NCBI GenBank assembly: GCA_032718475.1
Contig: JAUCBJ010007338.1
Coordinates: forward strand, 1-64,000
DNA length: 64,000 bases
Direction of reading: 5' to 3'
Source: Nemertoderma westbladi
Taxonomy: Eukaryota > Animalia > Xenacoelomorpha
Below the pieces are notes generated by a model. That model saw only the letters and a program-made list of their open reading frames with translations. It had not been told where the DNA came from and did not search any database. The translations under genes and the position numbers were made by a program. Of the stretch, positions 59,607 through 64,000 are shown in pieces (positions within the stretch are counted from its first letter, which is position 1; each line of letters opens with the position of its first letter).

Positions 59607-59969
59607 ATAAAAATATAACACGTACATCATAAACTGATGAAATGGTAGGCCCGCGAGCGCACAGTGGTCTAACATGAAACATAACGGATGGGTGTTGAAT
59701 AACAATGAAATTGAGAGTCTAAACAGCGGCAAGATAAATTATATTAAATTCAAACAAACGTTATTGCCCTTACGGGGCTGTTTAAACGTTTATTTGAATT
59801 TAATATAATTTACCTTGCCCCTGTTTAGACCCTATATTTCATTCTTATTCAACACCCATCGGTTTAGATACCTACTTACAGTTGTAGTGGATTCATCTCA
59901 TACCTGTAATTTGATTGGGGGTTAAGCATTTTCTTTTACAAAATTTATAAATCAGCTTTATTATTCCAG

Positions 59970-62072
59970 GTATATATTACCGGAACTACTGGAGTTGCAG
60001 CCGGTTGGGGTTTCAATTACTATCTGAAGAAATATTGCGGTTGTCAGATAAACTGGTCGTCGGATCAGTTGAGCATCCCCAATCCATTACCGAAAGCGAA
60101 GGAACGGGTAACCAGCCCGCACCAGTTCCGTTACTACCAAAACGTCTGCACCGTGAGCTACTCCATGGTCTGGTGGGACTGGGCGAGATGGGAGCGAGAA
60201 ATAGATTGGATGGTCATGAATGGATACAACCTCCCGCTCGCATTCACAGGACAAGAGTATGTCTGGCAGAAGTTGTGGCGGTCATTTGGTTTCACTGACC
60301 AGGACATAGAAGAGTTCTTCACAGGACCGGCTTTCCTTGCTTGGCAAAGAATGGGAAACGTGGATGGATGGGGAGGTCCATTGCCCCAATATTGGATCGA
60401 TGGACAATACCAATTGCAACTGCAAATTCTGAAGAGAATGCGAGAATTTGGTATTATTCCAGTCCTGCCTGGTTTCAGCGGAAATGTTCCCAAAGCAATC
60501 TCCCGCATTTTCCCTCGAGCGAAAGTGGATCATAGAGGTGCTTGGGGCAATATGAATGCAACCTACTGTTGCACATACTCTTTGGATGCAGCCGACCCAT
60601 TATTTGAGAAAGTTGGCACAGCTTACTACAAACTTCTTATAGAAACGTTTGGCACAGATCATATCTACAGCATGGATACATTTAATGAAATGGCACCGCC
60701 AACGACAGACCTTACTTACCTAGAGGACAACAGCAGGATGACCTATTCAGCATTGTTAAATGTCGATCCCATTGGCGTATGGTTGATGCAAGGCTGGTGT
60801 TTTCTAGAAGGTTTCTGGACGCCAGACCGAGTGAAAGCGTATCTCTGGGGCGTGCCATTGGGGCGTCTGCTAGTCCTTGATCTTTATGCTGAATTCATAC
60901 CGATGTATGTGAAGACGCACAACTTCTATGGTCAACCTTACATATGGTGCATGTTGCACAATTATGGCGGTACACTGGGGATGTACGGACCTTTGGACAG
61001 GGTAACCAATGGCGTTATTAAGGCTATGAATGAAGATAATAGCACTATGGTTGGAACTGGAATTACTATGGAGGGAATTAACCAGAACGAAGTTATGTAC
61101 GAAATGATGAACCAAATGCACTTGAGTACAGAATCGTACGGAAACGATTTGCCGAAGTGGATTGAGAACTTCGCAAAGAACAGATATGGAATGAATCTCA
61201 ATTCAACATCTAAAGCCTGGGATCTGCTACTGAGATCCCTTTACAACACTAATGCGTATTACAATTACAACCACAATGGGTTACAAATCCTTAAACCTAG
61301 TACGAATATTCACATTGCATTTCATTACAACGCTAGTGATGTGTTTTATGCGTGGGGGAATATGACCCTGGCCATGAAAACCTTGGGTAGTATAGAAACC
61401 TATCGTTATGACTTAATAGATATCACGAGACAGGCCATGCAGGAGGCATCCACTGTTGCATACAATAAAATGATAGCCGCTTTCAACACAGGCTCTTATG
61501 ATGATATGGTTGCAATGGGTGACAGACTTTTGGAAACTATTATGGACTCAAACAGAGTCCTTGGAACCGATAGTCGGTATATGTTGGGTACATGGATAGC
61601 GGCATCTCGAGAGAAAGGAACAACAAATGATGAAAAAAGATACATGGAGTTTAATGCAAGAAACCAGCTGACTTTGTGGGGTCCTACTGGAAATATCTTA
61701 GATTATGCTGCGAAACAGTGGAACGGATTGATGAGTGATTACTACCATCCGAGGTGGGAACTGTTCCTACAGTATCTTCAGGTATCCAAGATGTCGGGTG
61801 TTCCATTGGATGAAACGAAGTTCGCCTCTCATTGTCTCTTTTTGGGTCAGTATTGGGGGTACATGAATCAAACATATCCTAAAGACCCCCTTGAAGACAC
61901 TCTGGATGTTGTAGAAGTGCTTTATAAGAAATGGTCCGTAATAGTAGAAGGAGAATTGAATGAGATGCTAATTGACAATGCAGTTCCATTGAATTATGTT
62001 GATGACGACTTTGCTGATCGAATCAAAGAAATTCTTAAAATTAAGCATCAAATGCAAGCGAATTATTTTTAA
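59970..62072 (+). CDS. NAGLU: Alpha-N-acetylglucosaminidase (GH89), exon 2: catalytic TIM-barrel and C-terminal domain
   Basis: Acceptor TTATTCCAG| at 59969; GTTGVAAGWGFNYYLK, RYYQNVCTVSYS..WWDW.RWEREIDWM, FTGPAFLAWQRMGN, DTFNEM, WCMLHNYGG, EGINQN, NARNQLTLWGP, DYAAKQW.GL..DYY.PRW. Confidence 0.95.
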   Translation, partial: VYITGTTGVAAGWGFNYYLKKYCGCQINWSSDQLSIPNPLPKAKERVTSPHQFRYYQNVCTVSYSMVWWDWARWEREIDWMVMNGYNLPLAFTGQEYVWQKLWRSFGFTDQDIEEFFTGPAFLAWQRMGNVDGWGGPLPQYWIDGQYQLQLQILKRMREFGIIPVLPGFSGNVPKAISRIFPRAKVDHRGAWGNMNATYCCTYSLDAADPLFEKVGTAYYKLLIETFGTDHIYSMDTFNEMAPPTTDLTYLEDNSRMTYSALLNVDPIGVWLMQGWCFLEGFWTPDRVKAYLWGVPLGRLLVLDLYAEFIPMYVKTHNFYGQPYIWCMLHNYGGTLGMYGPLDRVTNGVIKAMNEDNSTMVGTGITMEGINQNEVMYEMMNQMHLSTESYGNDLPKWIENFAKNRYGMNLNSTSKAWDLLLRSLYNTNAYYNYNHNGLQILKPSTNIHIAFHYNASDVFYAWGNMTLAMKTLGSIETYRYDLIDITRQAMQEASTVAYNKMIAAFNTGSYDDMVAMGDRLLETIMDSNRVLGTDSRYMLGTWIAASREKGTTNDEKRYMEFNARNQLTLWGPTGNILDYAAKQWNGLMSDYYHPRWELFLQYLQVSKMSGVPLDETKFASHCLFLGQYWGYMNQTYPKDPLEDTLDVVEVLYKKWSVIVEGELNEMLIDNAVPLNYVDDDFADRIKEILKIKHQMQANYF

Positions 62073-62302
62073 GACAGGAATGATTTTATTTAAAAACGAT
62101 TGAAATTGTTATTATCAGATTGTATATTATTAGAAGTAGATACTTTGGGTTGCATTTGGTAACACCAAACTCCCATCACACATTATCAAATTAATAATTA
62201 TTTTTTAATTATATACAATATTATTCAATAATATTAAATATTAATTATGTTATTAAATTATATAGATTATGGCCTGATATTGGCTGGTGTTTCTTTGTCA
62301 TG

Positions 62303-63288
62303 GGGTCTGTGTTACAAGACATGGGCTGGGGTTTCTGTGTCACAAGACATGAGCTGGGGTTTTTGTATAGGAAGACATAAGCTGGGGTTTCTGTGTCACA
62401 AGACATAAGCTGGGGTTTCTGTGTCACAAGACATGGGGTGGGGTTTCCGTGTCACAAGACATGATCTGTCGTTTCTGTATCGCAAAACATGAGCAGAGGT
62501 TTCTGTGTCACAAGACATGGGGTGGGGTTTCTGTGGCACACGACATGGGGTGGGGTTTCTGTGTCAAAAGACATGATCTGTCGTTTCTGTATCGCACGAC
62601 ATGAGCTGAGGTTTCTGTGTCACAAGACACGGGGTGGGGTTTCTGTGTCACAAGACATGGGGTGGGGTTTCTGTATCGCAAGACATAAGCTGGGGTTTCT
62701 GTGTCACAAGACATAAGCTGGGGTTTCTGTGTCACAAGACATGGGGTGGGGTTTCTGTGTCACAAAACATGGGGTGGGGTTTCTGTGTCACAATACATGG
62801 GGTGGGGTTTCTGTGTCACAAGACATGATCTGTCGTTTCTGTATCGCAAGACATGAGCTGAAGTTTCTGTGTCACAAGACATGGTGTGGGGTTTCTGTGT
62901 CACAAGACATGGGGTGGGGTTTCTGTGTCACAAGGCATGATCTGTCGTTTCTGTATCGCAAGACATGAGCTGAGGTTTCTGTGTCACAAGACATGGGGTG
63001 GGGTTTCTGTGTCACAAGACATAAGCTGGGGTTTCTGTGTCACAAGACATAAGCTGGGGTTTCTGTGTCACAAGACATGGGGTGGGGTTCTGTGTCACAA
63101 GACATGAGCTGGGGTTTTTGTATAGCAAGACATAAGCTGGGGTTTCTGTGTCACAAGACATAAGCTGGGGTTTCTGTGTCACAAGACATGGGGTGGGATT
63201 TCTGTGTCACAAGACATGGGGTGGGGTTTCTGTGCCACAAGACATGATCTGTCGTTTCTGTATCGCAAGACATGAGCTGAGGTTCTGT
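62303..63288. repeat. 26-bp tandem satellite (GGGGTTTCTGTGTCACAAGACATGGGGT-like) with recurring variants
   Basis: 26-bp period; the variant pair ATGATCTGTCGTTTCTGTATCGCA/ATGAGCTGA recurs at semi-regular intervals. Confidence 0.95.
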
Positions 63289-64000
63289 TCGCGCTTTCAG
63301 ACCTTTGGCAGTTTAACCCGCCAAATTAGGATGTCTGTTAGATAATAAATCACTTTAGCCGATGACAAATATTTGATTCACTACACTAGTCGAAACCAAT
63401 CTGTGCGCGATCATTCACCCGCTGGATAATTCCCGGGAGATTGGGTTCGACGGCTTAATTTTATTGCTATGTAAGCTTAATGTATTATTCGACTGACAGT
63501 ATTATATAATCTCTGACAATATTATTCACCTTCGGGAATATCAACAGTTCCTTTAGGACGTGGCGCTTTATTTATATAAACAGAGTTATGACTTAAACTA
63601 CTCACAACGATATGGCTTAGTTATAATTCACATATATGGCGCATTCTTTAGGAAATGCTTCGTTATCAGTATCACTCGCACACAATGCTGCACAATACTG
63701 CACACTGATCTGCCGATCTTCACTGATTTTAGTTACATATAAAAGGAACACGGACTGACTCATGTAGGGTCTATCAAATAACATTAAATTCACTGCAAAC
63801 CACTTTAACATAAGTCACAATCGTTATCTGTAACCCTTCTCTCTTACCTTCAGTATATCAAGAATATTGGGTTTTCGGGTTATTTGTCGTTATTCCAAAT
63901 ATAATAATTCATCAACCAAATTATGAAGTACTGACAGCAAATAGCAGTATAACAATATAAAGTATGCACAGTGTTACACAGTATACAGTGTATGCAGTAC

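Noticed and set aside
62245-63345. Short Cys/Gly-rich ORFs
   Set aside because: Translations of the 26-bp satellite.

Overview
Eukaryotic (animal) genomic DNA, AT-rich and repeat-dense; nothing here is prokaryotic. Five protein-coding genes are supported, all on the + strand: ZFYVE1/DFCP1 (2 coding exons, ~5728-8543), a 3-exon ankyrin + MYND-finger gene (15736-19152), a single-exon Cys-rich secreted/GPI-type protein (~24560-25324), DOT1L encoded as one uninterrupted 3082-codon ORF (43477-52725), and NAGLU (2 coding exons, 59000-62072). These conserved genes are strikingly intron-poor. Between them lie about nine tandem arrays (units of 5, 20, 26, 27, 31, 32, 40, 54 and ~57 bp, which generate most of the long spurious ORFs), RTE-like LINE fragments, tRNA-derived SINE-like elements, MITEs and a decayed Merlin/IS1595-type transposase. 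The clearest hidden structure is a four-level nested insertion at 34333-42129, upstream of DOT1L. An element with 18-bp TIRs and an 8-bp TSD contains a foldback element with a 10-bp TSD, which contains a second foldback element with a 9-bp TSD, which contains an internal LINE fragment flanked by a 27-bp duplication. Family assignments come from motif recognition by eye, not database searches.
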